Below the pieces are notes generated by a model that saw only the letters and a list, made by a program, of their open reading frames with translations, ran no database searches and was not told where the DNA came from. The translations under genes were made by a program, and so were the position numbers. Below, one piece after another: positions 55,804 through 64,000 of a stretch of 64,000 nucleotides of DNA. Source of the DNA: an uncultured Eubacteriales bacterium (GTDB taxonomy: Bacteria > Bacillota > Clostridia > Lachnospirales > JAISER01); assembly GCA_964545475.1 (NCBI GenBank), contig CAZJGG010000002.1:4892-68891 (forward strand). The letters run 5' to 3'. Position 1 is the stretch's first letter, and each line of letters opens with the position of its first letter.

Positions 55804-58029
55804 TTATCGTTCAATAAGTTCTATGGCAATTTTAGCGTCTCTGTTGGAATATGCCTTAAGCTGCTCCGATTGAATATTTATTTCACTTTTAACATCAGCA
55901 GTATTGTTCATTATTTGCTCTGCAATATCTATTACTTCCTTTTTGTCTAAATTAAAGCAGTTGACATATGTTTCCTGTTTTATATAATTCATAAAAGATT
56001 TAATTTTAGGGTCGTAAACTATGCCAATAATAGGAACGTTCATGCTAACGGCATAAATAAGGGTATGAAGCCTCATAGCAATAACAAGCTGTGTAATACC
56101 AATAAGCGCCATTATTTCCTGTGCATTATATTCTTGGGACAAAACAATCGATTTTACGGATAACCTTTCACTTACTTCTTTAGATATAATTGCATCGTAT
56201 GGCTGCTGCATAGGAATAAACAAAGGTATCAAATCGTATTTTAAGCAAATTTCATTAATAATATCAGCCATTTTCTGAACAAAATTAATATCGTTATATT
56301 TCCACTGCCTTATTGAAACGGATAAATATTTGCCGTTTTTATCTATTTTTTCTTTTTTAAATATATCTTCAAGAGCGTCCGTTTCAATGGGTTTTAAGGA
56401 AAACGTTGGGTCAGAAGTAAATAGAACCTCTTTGTTTGTAACGCCTAGCTTTTTAAGCTCATTTATGGACTCTGTTTCTCTAAGGGTAATAAAATCGCAA
56501 ATTTGCAATGCACTTTTCGCAATGCCTATATTATGTTTTTTTATTATCGGACCTATGCCGTTTGCGTAAAGCATTACTTTTAAACCCAGTTTTTTTGCAA
56601 AATGCATAAGCGTTGTATAATAAAATAAAGATTGGGTGCTAGTAATGTCTTGAATAAGGCTGCCCCCACCGTTTAAAAAAAGCCTGCTCATTTTCAAATG
56701 CTTACGGATTGCAAGCAGGTTTGAGCGGTTTATTGCATAAACATTGTGCCTTTGGCTTGTTTCCTTAGGGTTTTTAGACAAAACTGCTATTGAAATATCC
56801 GGCTTTTCTTGCCGCAGGCTTTCTATAATTGCTTTTAAAAGGGCATCATCTCCGCTGTTTTTAAAGCCGTAATACCCGGATAACATTACATCGAAACATT
56901 TATTTGCTTCTTTCGTACGTTTAATTATATCGGTATAAATCTCCAAATGCCTTAGCTTCATACTTTCTTTTGAAAAGTTTGAACGAGCAAAAATATTAAG
57001 ATTATCTCCTAATTTTTTGGCAAAAATTTTATTTTCAAGCAGTACTTCTATTTTCTCTGCCATTTGTTCAAAGTTTGCAGGCTCAACTAAAAGCCCTGTT
57101 TCTCCGTCTTTTATTAAGTCGGGTATGCCACCAACAGCAGTTGAAACCGTGGGTTTGCTCATTTTTGCCCCTTCAAGCAAAACATAAGGAAAAGACTCAC
57201 TGTAAGAGGATAAAACATTTATGTCTATACAGTTTACAAAACTGAAAATATCGTTAATAAAACCTAAAAATACAAAATGTTCAGAAACTTTTGCGGCTTT
57301 GATCATGTTTTGAAGATTATTCTGCTCCGGTCCTTCCCCTGCGAGAAGAAAAATTACATCTTTTCGCTTTTTTATAATATTTATAGCTGCCTTTATAAAT
57401 ATTTCATGACCTTTCACTTTGTCAAAACGGCCGATAATTCCTATTATGGTTTTGCCTTCATGGTTTACGCCGTGAAGCTGTAAAAATTGTTCCTTAGGCG
57501 TAAATTCTATTTCCATTTCAAAATCAATAGAGTTATAAACGGTATAAATACGATCCTTATCAAAATCTCGTTCGCTAAGCATGTCTTTAAACTGGTTAGA
57601 AACAGCAATGTAATAATCCAGAAACCGTAATGCCCAAGAGTTTAATTCGGTAAACACCATTTTTTTGTATAAACTGTCAGTAAAGTCCATTCTATAGTCG
57701 CTGTGAACGGTGGTGATCATAGGTATTTTAATAAACGGACGAAGGAGTACCGCAATAAAATTTGCCCTTGCCCCATGGGCATGGATTAAATGGTATCTTT
57801 CCTGTCTAATGTGGGTTATAAGCTTTTCAATAATTGTCAAATCGTTTCTGTAACGCTGCTTTATAAGCATAGAGGGTATATCTGTATCTTTTATTTCCTG
57901 ATAAAAAACTCCCTCCATAAAGCAAATAACTCTTATAAATATATCTTCCTGTAAAGCGGATAAAAGAGTAAAAACATGAGTTTTCGCCCCACCTTTGTCT
58001 CCGCCGGATATTAAATGTAGAACTTTCAA
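55804..58029 (-). CDS. csaB: Fusion protein: GT4 glycosyltransferase (N) + polysaccharide pyruvyl transferase CsaB (C)
   Basis: N-terminal half has MKVLHLISGGDKGGA...ESFPYVLLEGAKMSKPTVSTAVGGIPDLIKDGETGLLV (GT4). C-terminal half has SGYYGFKNSGDDALLKAII...GGGSLIQDITSTQSLFYY...YANGIGP (CsaB-type). Confidence 0.85.
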   Translation of the reverse strand: MKVLHLISGGDKGGAKTHVFTLLSALQEDIFIRVICFMEGVFYQEIKDTDIPSMLIKQRYRNDLTIIEKLITHIRQERYHLIHAHGARANFIAVLLRPFIKIPMITTVHSDYRMDFTDSLYKKMVFTELNSWALRFLDYYIAVSNQFKDMLSERDFDKDRIYTVYNSIDFEMEIEFTPKEQFLQLHGVNHEGKTIIGIIGRFDKVKGHEIFIKAAINIIKKRKDVIFLLAGEGPEQNNLQNMIKAAKVSEHFVFLGFINDIFSFVNCIDINVLSSYSESFPYVLLEGAKMSKPTVSTAVGGIPDLIKDGETGLLVEPANFEQMAEKIEVLLENKIFAKKLGDNLNIFARSNFSKESMKLRHLEIYTDIIKRTKEANKCFDVMLSGYYGFKNSGDDALLKAIIESLRQEKPDISIAVLSKNPKETSQRHNVYAINRSNLLAIRKHLKMSRLFLNGGGSLIQDITSTQSLFYYTTLMHFAKKLGLKVMLYANGIGPIIKKHNIGIAKSALQICDFITLRETESINELKKLGVTNKEVLFTSDPTFSLKPIETDALEDIFKKEKIDKNGKYLSVSIRQWKYNDINFVQKMADIINEICLKYDLIPLFIPMQQPYDAIISKEVSERLSVKSIVLSQEYNAQEIMALIGITQLVIAMRLHTLIYAVSMNVPIIGIVYDPKIKSFMNYIKQETYVNCFNLDKKEVIDIAEQIMNNTADVKSEINIQSEQLKAYSNRDAKIAIELIER

Positions 58030-58065
58030 AAAAACACCTCTTAAGCTGTTCCGAAATTTAAGTAA

Positions 58066-58803
58066 TCAGTTACTACTTAAAAAAACTTCGCATAGCAGCT
58101 GTTTCTCTTCTGTAATATTAAATATTTTAACTAAGTATTCAAGTTTCCCTACGGAAAATGTTTGTACCAGAACATTTTGACCCCGAGTACATTCTTTTTT
58201 ATAGGCACACTTCATGCTTGTAATAACAGATTTATCGTAAACATCGTCAGGGATTCCGTTAATTGCCCATTCTAAATATGTTATGTTATTAACGTGCAGA
58301 TTTTTATCCATATCCCGTCTCGTTGTAATAAACGTATATTCATCTAAAAGAGTTTCAAACTCAAAGCTACTTATTTTATAATCTTTTTCAAGCCTTGACG
58401 GGCGCAGTTCTCCATATTCTTTAAAAAACCTGTCTTCAAGTTTAATTGGCCTGCGGCGCACAAGGTCTGAATAAACCCAGGCGGAATTAACTAAAGCTAA
58501 TAATTCGCCTTGATTATTTATTACCTCAAAGCTTCTTTCTGCTAAAATTCCTTTAAAAAAAGTCGGCCATGTGTTTATTGTAAATTCCTCGTTCCAAAGA
58601 GGATATTTTAATATTTTAACTTGCCAGTTTGTAAGCAAAAAGCCTACCATATTATCCGAAAACCATTTCATTGGGCGAGATGTTGTTTCTGTATGCATTA
58701 AAGAAGCTTCTAATATGCATTCTACAAGGCTTGGCATAGTAGCCTGCATATCAAGCCTTGCCCCTCTGAAAGGAATTTTGTTTTTACAAGAAAAATAGTC
58801 CAT
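58066..58803 (-). CDS. Acyl-ACP thioesterase
   Basis: Double hot-dog architecture about 245 aa long, with NLHVNNITYLEWA, typical of FatA/B-like bacterial acyl-ACP thioesterases. The ATG at 58803 follows GAGGTGG. Confidence 0.75.
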   Translation of the reverse strand: MDYFSCKNKIPFRGARLDMQATMPSLVECILEASLMHTETTSRPMKWFSDNMVGFLLTNWQVKILKYPLWNEEFTINTWPTFFKGILAERSFEVINNQGELLALVNSAWVYSDLVRRRPIKLEDRFFKEYGELRPSRLEKDYKISSFEFETLLDEYTFITTRRDMDKNLHVNNITYLEWAINGIPDDVYDKSVITSMKCAYKKECTRGQNVLVQTFSVGKLEYLVKIFNITEEKQLLCEVFLSSN

Positions 58804-59237
58804 TTTACCCACCTCTATTTAAAATTAAGGTAAATTAATACAAAAATAATATATCAGAATTTTATATCTAAAACAAGTAAATTTATGCAAACACATTGTT
58901 TTTTTCAAACATTGACTAGTTGATTTTGGTGGAATGGGGCTGTATAATGTTATTAAGTTAGAATGATTTATATATGGAATTAGATTTATGGCTTGTCGCC
59001 AACCAGCTAAGCGTTCATTGTGTTCTTTTGGCGTAATAATTGAAAATTCTTATTAGGAATACATCTCTTTTGCTTCTTTTATTGCCTTAACGCAGCTTTT
59101 GAGAAATGAAAGCTCTAATCGATGACGGCGTAACGGTTATTATGGGAAGTTTATGGGGATTAAGGTAGGTTCTGATAAGGCTGTGGATTTGTTGACGAAG
59201 ATATAGGGTATAATATTATAAAAAGGAGTGCGGTAAT

Positions 59238-60476
59238 ATGAATCAAAATTTCATTACTAATTTGAAAATTGAAAAGGTTAGACATCTGGAAAACATCAAT
59301 ATTGCCTTGTCGTCTAACGAAAGAAAGCACTTAATTTTAACAGGGAAAAATGGCAGTGGTAAAACAAGCCTATTACAATCAATTCAAAATTATTTATCAA
59401 TGTATCCGGAAGGCAAAACTTTGGCAGGGTTAATTAAAGAAGTAGAATATTGGGAAAAAGCAATTGATGGCCTTGTCATTAAGAACGAAGATGATAAATT
59501 AAAACAAATTCAAAATAAAGAAGGCTATGATTATCGTAAAAGTCAATATTGTAAGTACACAAGTGGAATTATACTTGATATTATTTCAGAAGCAGATATT
59601 ATAGAAAGCTATAATAAAGGTGAATTTATTATTGCCTATTACCGTGCGGATAGAAATTATAAAGCTTTAGAGGCAAAACATATTGAAAAAATCAGTTTCC
59701 AAGACAAATATGCTATAAACGAAGAACCAGGAAAACTACTTATAAAATATCTTTTGGATTTAAAAACAAGCCAAGCGCTAAATGAAAAAGCAAATAAAAA
59801 AGAAAAATCAAATGAAATTGAAATGTGGTTTAATAAATTTGAAAATTTATTAAAAGAATTATTTGAAGATGAAAAGCTGACAATTGACTTTGATATTGAA
59901 TCTTTTGAATTTTCTATTATTGCAAGCAACAGAGAACCTTTTGGGTTTAATACAATGTCAAGTGGTTATTCTGCTGTTCTTGACATTATTGTGGATTTAA
60001 TGATGAGAATGGAGAAAAATGCAAGAGGTTTCTATAACATACAAGGGGTTGTTTTAATTGATGAAATTGAAACTCATTTACATCTTGAATTGCAGAAAAA
60101 GATATTGCCATTTTTAATAAGCTTTTTTCCAAACATTCAATTTATTGTTACAACTCATTCGCCATTTATTTTAAATAGTGCAGATAATGTAATTATTTTT
60201 GATTTGGAGAATAAAATTTCCGTGCAAAACGGGCTTAAGCATTTGCCTTACGCTGGTGTTGTTGAGGGATATTTTGAAGTAGATACTTTGTCAGATGAGT
60301 TGAAAGAAAAATTTAACAGATACAAGGAACTATCAAAAAAAGCTTTGCTTGAAGAAAGCGATTATGACGAATTAGCTGATTTAGAAAGATATTTGGATGA
60401 AATACCGGACTATCTTGCACTTGATATTTCAACTGAATATTCAAAATTAAAATTAGAGTTTGAAAATAGGGGGTAG
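59238..60476 (+). CDS. ABC-like AAA ATPase (AAA_21/AAA_15 type), PtuA-like
   Basis: Walker A GKNGSGKTSLLQ, signature-like MSSGYSAVL, Walker B/D-loop VVLIDEIETHLH and H-loop VTTHSPFIL. AAGGAG RBS at 59223. Visibly more AT-rich than the flanking core genes. Confidence 0.8.
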   Translation: MNQNFITNLKIEKVRHLENINIALSSNERKHLILTGKNGSGKTSLLQSIQNYLSMYPEGKTLAGLIKEVEYWEKAIDGLVIKNEDDKLKQIQNKEGYDYRKSQYCKYTSGIILDIISEADIIESYNKGEFIIAYYRADRNYKALEAKHIEKISFQDKYAINEEPGKLLIKYLLDLKTSQALNEKANKKEKSNEIEMWFNKFENLLKELFEDEKLTIDFDIESFEFSIIASNREPFGFNTMSSGYSAVLDIIVDLMMRMEKNARGFYNIQGVVLIDEIETHLHLELQKKILPFLISFFPNIQFIVTTHSPFILNSADNVIIFDLENKISVQNGLKHLPYAGVVEGYFEVDTLSDELKEKFNRYKELSKKALLEESDYDELADLERYLDEIPDYLALDISTEYSKLKLEFENRG

Positions 60477-60482
60477 TTTATC

Positions 60483-61130
60483 GTGATTTTTATTAAAAGA
60501 ACTAAAACGGCTCCTGAAATTTTAGATATAGAAAAACGAAAAGCAAACGGGTCATACAACAAGGGGGATGTTAAATCATTGTTGTATAAAGATTTTTATG
60601 AAAAATGTTATATTTGTGGCGTTAAACCTCTTCAAGATGGTGGTGAAATAGAACATTTGGTAGCACATAAAGGGGATTTAGATAAAAAGTTTGATTGGGA
60701 AAATTTATTTTTGTCTTGTGGACATTGTAATGGTATTAAAAATAAAAAAGAATACAGCGAAAATGTCATTAACTGTACAAAAATCAACCCAAATACCCAA
60801 ATTAAACAAGTATTATCAGACAATAGTGTTTGTGTTGAATTAATCGACGCCAATATACAGTCAGAAACAACAGCAAAGTTGATTGAAGAATGCTTTAATG
60901 CCGAAAGTACCATCACAAGAAAAAAAGCATCAACTTATAGATTGGATGTGCTTAAAAGTGAAATGGGCAAATTTTATAGTGTAATATTAAAGTATAAAAA
61001 AAGTCAAAAATCTTATTATAAAAAACAAATTGAAGCAATGTTGCAAGACAATACAAAGTTTACAGCATTTAAAAGGGATTATATAATACATAATAAAGAT
61101 TTTTCACAAGAGTTTGCAAATTGTTTTTAG
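60483..61130 (+). CDS. HNH endonuclease, PtuB/TIGR02646-like
   Basis: CYICG...EIEHLVAHKGD...WENLFLSCGHCNGIKNKK has the Cys/His spacing of an HNH motif. The GTG start lies 6 nt after the ATPase stop and follows AGGGGG. Confidence 0.8.
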   Translation: MIFIKRTKTAPEILDIEKRKANGSYNKGDVKSLLYKDFYEKCYICGVKPLQDGGEIEHLVAHKGDLDKKFDWENLFLSCGHCNGIKNKKEYSENVINCTKINPNTQIKQVLSDNSVCVELIDANIQSETTAKLIEECFNAESTITRKKASTYRLDVLKSEMGKFYSVILKYKKSQKSYYKKQIEAMLQDNTKFTAFKRDYIIHNKDFSQEFANCF

Positions 61131-61229
61131 GTGGTAAGCTTATGCGCACTTTTTACAAGCCTTCCGGTAAGGTTAAAAACAGGGCGGGACAGGAAGCCGA
61201 CTTAAATTCATAACTGAATAGGATTAGTC

Positions 61230-61276
61230 AAGGCGAAAACAGACATATTGTGTTTAAGTATGTCTGTTTTTGCCTT
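61230..61276. terminator. Bidirectional hairpin terminator
   Basis: 18-bp arms aaggcgaaaacagacata / tatgtctgtttttgcctt with one mismatch and an internal T-run. Lies between convergent genes. Confidence 0.75.
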
Positions 61277-61295
61277 GGAATTTGCAAACATGTAT

Positions 61296-62570
61296 TTAGT
61301 CTTTGTGCAGCTTGATTTTAAATTTGAATTTAATGTTAGGTTTTTTTAGCGGAAGCTTAAAAGACGGATGCTTAAATTTTATGGAAAACGTCCTTTTTAT
61401 TTCTGACTTTTCTTGTTTGTTATCTTCAATCAAGTTTATATAAAGTTCTTCAATGTTTTTTGCAAACTGTTCGGCAGACAAATGTTGAATTGAGTTATAT
61501 CCATTTTGAGCAATTTCCGCCGTATCTTTTTCATTGGTTAAAACTTGATATAAAACTTCAGACAGCTCTTCATCTTTTTCAAATATATAACCTGTCTCGC
61601 CATTTTTTATTATACCTTCTATGCTTTGGTCTTTTTTAGCAACAACAGGAAGATGGGTCGCCATTGCTTCCAAATAAGTAAGTCCTTGTGTTTCTGAAGT
61701 TGAAGCGGTTGTAAAAACGTCTCCAATTTGATAATATTTGCCGATTTCGGAGTAAGGTTTACCTCCCGTAAAAATAACGCTTTGGGATATATTAAGTTCT
61801 TTAGTCATTTCTTTGTATCCGTTAATTAATGGACCGTTACCAACAAGAACAAGCTTAACATCAGGTATTTTTTTTAATAAATCCGGCATAGCGTTGATTA
61901 CAACATCAAGGCTTTTTTCCTGGGCAATTCTGCCAACATAAACAATAACTTTTGAAGCATCAGCTAATCCTATTTCTTTTTTCAAATCCTGAATTTCTTG
62001 TTGTTCAAAATTTTCACGTCTAAGATTAGAAAAATTAAGCCCGGTGGGTATAACCACAATTTGTCGCTTTACGCCGTATTCTATAAGGGCTTGTTTTGTT
62101 TTTTCCACGGGTACAACAACAATTCTTGCTCTGTTACAAAAAATTCGGCTAAAAGCTTTTGCCATGTTTGGGGTCATTAAATGCCCTTTGGCAACGTAAT
62201 GGACGTAATCCTCGTACATTGTGTGATATGTGTGTACAAGAGGTATTTTATATATTTCCGAAAGAACTTTGCCAAAAAGCCCTATGGCAAATTCTGTTTG
62301 GGTGTGTACAACGTCTAGCTTTAGTTTTTTAAAATTAAGTATAAGCTTAGGTGAATACATATATGTCATACGGTGGGTTGGTAAAAATACAAATGGCATA
62401 CTTGGAAGCCTAAAAACCGTTGGTTGCTTTTCTTTGCAGCTTGGGTCGTTTGCCGTAATAATGTATACCTTATGCCCAAGCTTTTCAAGCTCCGTCTTTA
62501 ATGTCATGGAAGATGTGGCAACACCGTTAATTTGAGGGAAGTAAGTGTCTGTAAAAATTCCAATATTCAT
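61296..62570 (-). CDS. GT4 glycosyltransferase (diacylglycerol glucosyltransferase-like) with basic C-terminal tail
   Basis: MNIGIFTDTYFPQINGVATS N-terminus and ETQGLTYLEAMATHLPVVA...GETGYIF (the E-x7-E region of GT4). The Lys-rich C-terminus suggests membrane association. Confidence 0.85.
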   Translation of the reverse strand: MNIGIFTDTYFPQINGVATSSMTLKTELEKLGHKVYIITANDPSCKEKQPTVFRLPSMPFVFLPTHRMTYMYSPKLILNFKKLKLDVVHTQTEFAIGLFGKVLSEIYKIPLVHTYHTMYEDYVHYVAKGHLMTPNMAKAFSRIFCNRARIVVVPVEKTKQALIEYGVKRQIVVIPTGLNFSNLRRENFEQQEIQDLKKEIGLADASKVIVYVGRIAQEKSLDVVINAMPDLLKKIPDVKLVLVGNGPLINGYKEMTKELNISQSVIFTGGKPYSEIGKYYQIGDVFTTASTSETQGLTYLEAMATHLPVVAKKDQSIEGIIKNGETGYIFEKDEELSEVLYQVLTNEKDTAEIAQNGYNSIQHLSAEQFAKNIEELYINLIEDNKQEKSEIKRTFSIKFKHPSFKLPLKKPNIKFKFKIKLHKD

Positions 62571-62586
62571 TTAATTTCCTCCATCT

Positions 62587-63105
62587 TCAATTTGAAAACT
62601 CGCTAAGAATATCATAACTTTTTTTATACTCAGGGTAAATTTTTACAGCATATTCTAATAAAACTTTTGCTTCATCATATCGTTTGTCCCTTTTGTATGT
62701 TTCCGCTAAACTTATTATGGACTGTACAAAGCTATGATAATTTTCTTCATATTCCGTAACAATTTTTAAATTGTCATATCCGAAATTTAGCTTAATATCC
62801 TTGTTTGTCATTTCATTATTAAATTTAAGCATTTTTTTCCTTCCCAGCTCTTTTGCAAGCTTGTGCCGGTTTACAAGCCGTTCATTTTTTTCCGACTCGT
62901 AATCCAGTGCAGGAATAACCCTTAAATCCGGTTTAAAGAAAAGGCTTTCGGGTATTTCTTGGTTTAATGTTTTATTGGCTTCCATCTCTTCCTCTATAAA
63001 AGCATTTAGCTTTTCATATCTGCTTTTTTCTCCTCGCTTAATAAAGTAAGAAATAACGGAAATTAAAATAAGTAAAATGGATAAGGTTATAAACGTAAAT
63101 TGCAT
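62587..63105 (-). CDS. Membrane-anchored hypothetical protein (possible TPR-like C-terminus)
   Basis: N-terminal TM (FTFITLSILLILISVISYF). The C-terminal AETYKRDKRYDEAKVLLEYAVKIYPEY is TPR-like. Confidence 0.5.
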   Translation of the reverse strand: MQFTFITLSILLILISVISYFIKRGEKSRYEKLNAFIEEEMEANKTLNQEIPESLFFKPDLRVIPALDYESEKNERLVNRHKLAKELGRKKMLKFNNEMTNKDIKLNFGYDNLKIVTEYEENYHSFVQSIISLAETYKRDKRYDEAKVLLEYAVKIYPEYKKSYDILSEFSN

Positions 63106-63338
63106 TTTATTGTTCCTTTCGACCGTTGCAACCTTTATAGCTTTTATTCGTTTTATTTATATACGATATTCCAACATATACGGCTGAATTCATCTTTTAT
63201 AAATTAAACTTAATTATTTAACGGTCAAATATGTATAGTTCTATTATAACCTAAATATTTAAAATTGAACAGCTATTTGCTTTTAATTTTATTATATATA
63301 TGATATACTCAAAATATCAATAGAAAAGGAGTTTAACA

Positions 63339-64000
63339 ATGAAAAGAAGAAAAAACGGAAACAACAAAAAAAGATTCTTTGCCGCCTTGATAGCGGGGAT
63401 CATAATTTTTGTTATGATTTTCGGAACGTTTCTGCCAATGATTTTGAACGCCCAAGAGCTGACGGAAGAAAGTGCCCAAATTACAATTGACGGAAAAGTT
63501 GGGTTTGACGGCAGATATAAGCTTATTAATTCAACTCCGTTTATGATTAACCTTTCAAACAACGGCGATAATTTCGCCGGAAAAGTCCAAGTAAAAATTG
63601 ATGTGGCAGACCCTTATAACACTAATGCGACAAGCCGTTATCAGCTTTTTTCAGAGAAAATAGAACTTCCGGCAGGCGCAACAAAACAAGTTAACATGAG
63701 CATACCAATAACTCAGCTTAAAAACTTTTTTACGGTGGAATTAATAGACGATTCCGGCAAAATGGTATCTTCTAAAAATATTCAAGCTAAAGGAGTGCCA
63801 TCAGAAAGCATTTTCGTTGGGGTTTTAACGGATAATAAGCAAGGGCTTAACTATTTAAAAAACCTTGAAATAAATAACTATTATGCGCAAAAAGAGGAAG
63901 AAACCATTAAATCTATAGAGCAGTCATTATTTTTTCTTGATAATACCACTCTTCCCACAGAAATGGGCGTTTTAGATTGCTTTAATATAATTATAGTAAA
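63339..64000 (+). CDS. Secreted or membrane-anchored hypothetical protein (partial, runs off the window)
   Basis: ATG at 63339 after AAAGGAG. MKRRKNGNNKKRFFAALIAGIIIFVMIFGTF signal/anchor. The frame stays open to the window end, and the frame is absent from the supplied ORF track, presumably because it has no stop within the window. Confidence 0.7.
   Translation, partial: MKRRKNGNNKKRFFAALIAGIIIFVMIFGTFLPMILNAQELTEESAQITIDGKVGFDGRYKLINSTPFMINLSNNGDNFAGKVQVKIDVADPYNTNATSRYQLFSEKIELPAGATKQVNMSIPITQLKNFFTVELIDDSGKMVSSKNIQAKGVPSESIFVGVLTDNKQGLNYLKNLEINNYYAQKEEETIKSIEQSLFFLDNTTLPTEMGVLDCFNIIIV

Noticed and set aside
58813-61130. Retron-type Septu (RT + msr/msd + PtuAB)
   Set aside because: No reverse-transcriptase ORF occurs anywhere near the pair. 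I could not identify msr/msd-like inverted repeats flanking a conserved G in the upstream region.
63317-63562. 81-aa minus-strand ORF from the ORF track
   Set aside because: It overlaps the start of a much better plus-strand gene (ATG 63339, good RBS, signal/anchor sequence, open to the window end). The minus-strand product is a hydrophobic, low-complexity antisense artefact.

Overview
The window looks like a 64 kb stretch of low-GC Firmicute (Clostridia-like) chromosome. It is densely coding and mostly core metabolism and housekeeping.

Gene content, left to right:
- A LysM membrane protein with a degenerate MPN/JAB-like domain, then an orphan sensor-less histidine kinase.
- A GntR-controlled family-5 ABC importer operon that continues into amidohydrolase, creatininase-family and class-III aminotransferase genes. 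No substrate can be assigned.
- Arginine biosynthesis: convergent argH-argG, then argC-argJ-argB-argD-carA-carB. The CarA homologue has lost its glutaminase catalytic residues.
- A PucR / NCS1-permease / M29-NicX-like / signal-less SBP locus.
- asnS and a division-associated block (ylmH, yggT, sepF, yggS).
- ylbJ, coaD, rsmD, recG, yloV, asp23, glgA, pepF, greA, lysS, cdd, pdp, murA and a chemoreceptor.
- A glycosyltransferase-CsaB fusion, an acyl-ACP thioesterase and a second GT4 glycosyltransferase.

I saw no rRNA, tRNA, CRISPR array, transposase or integrase.

Two things stand out:
1. A visibly AT-richer two-gene islet at 59238-61130, made of an ABC-like AAA ATPase plus a small HNH nuclease. 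It is Septu (PtuA/PtuB)-like and is preceded by about 425 bp of unexplained non-coding DNA.
2. A population of dispersed long palindromic intergenic repeats. Three 150-175 nt families share a conserved core (AAGGAAG, then a hairpin, then TGACG[C/T]AG) whose hairpin stem differs between families. There is also a 64-nt family flanking pucR-codB and one case of nesting or truncation.

All coordinates were hand-counted, so repeat ends may be off by a few nt. All homology calls rest on recognised motifs, not on searches.
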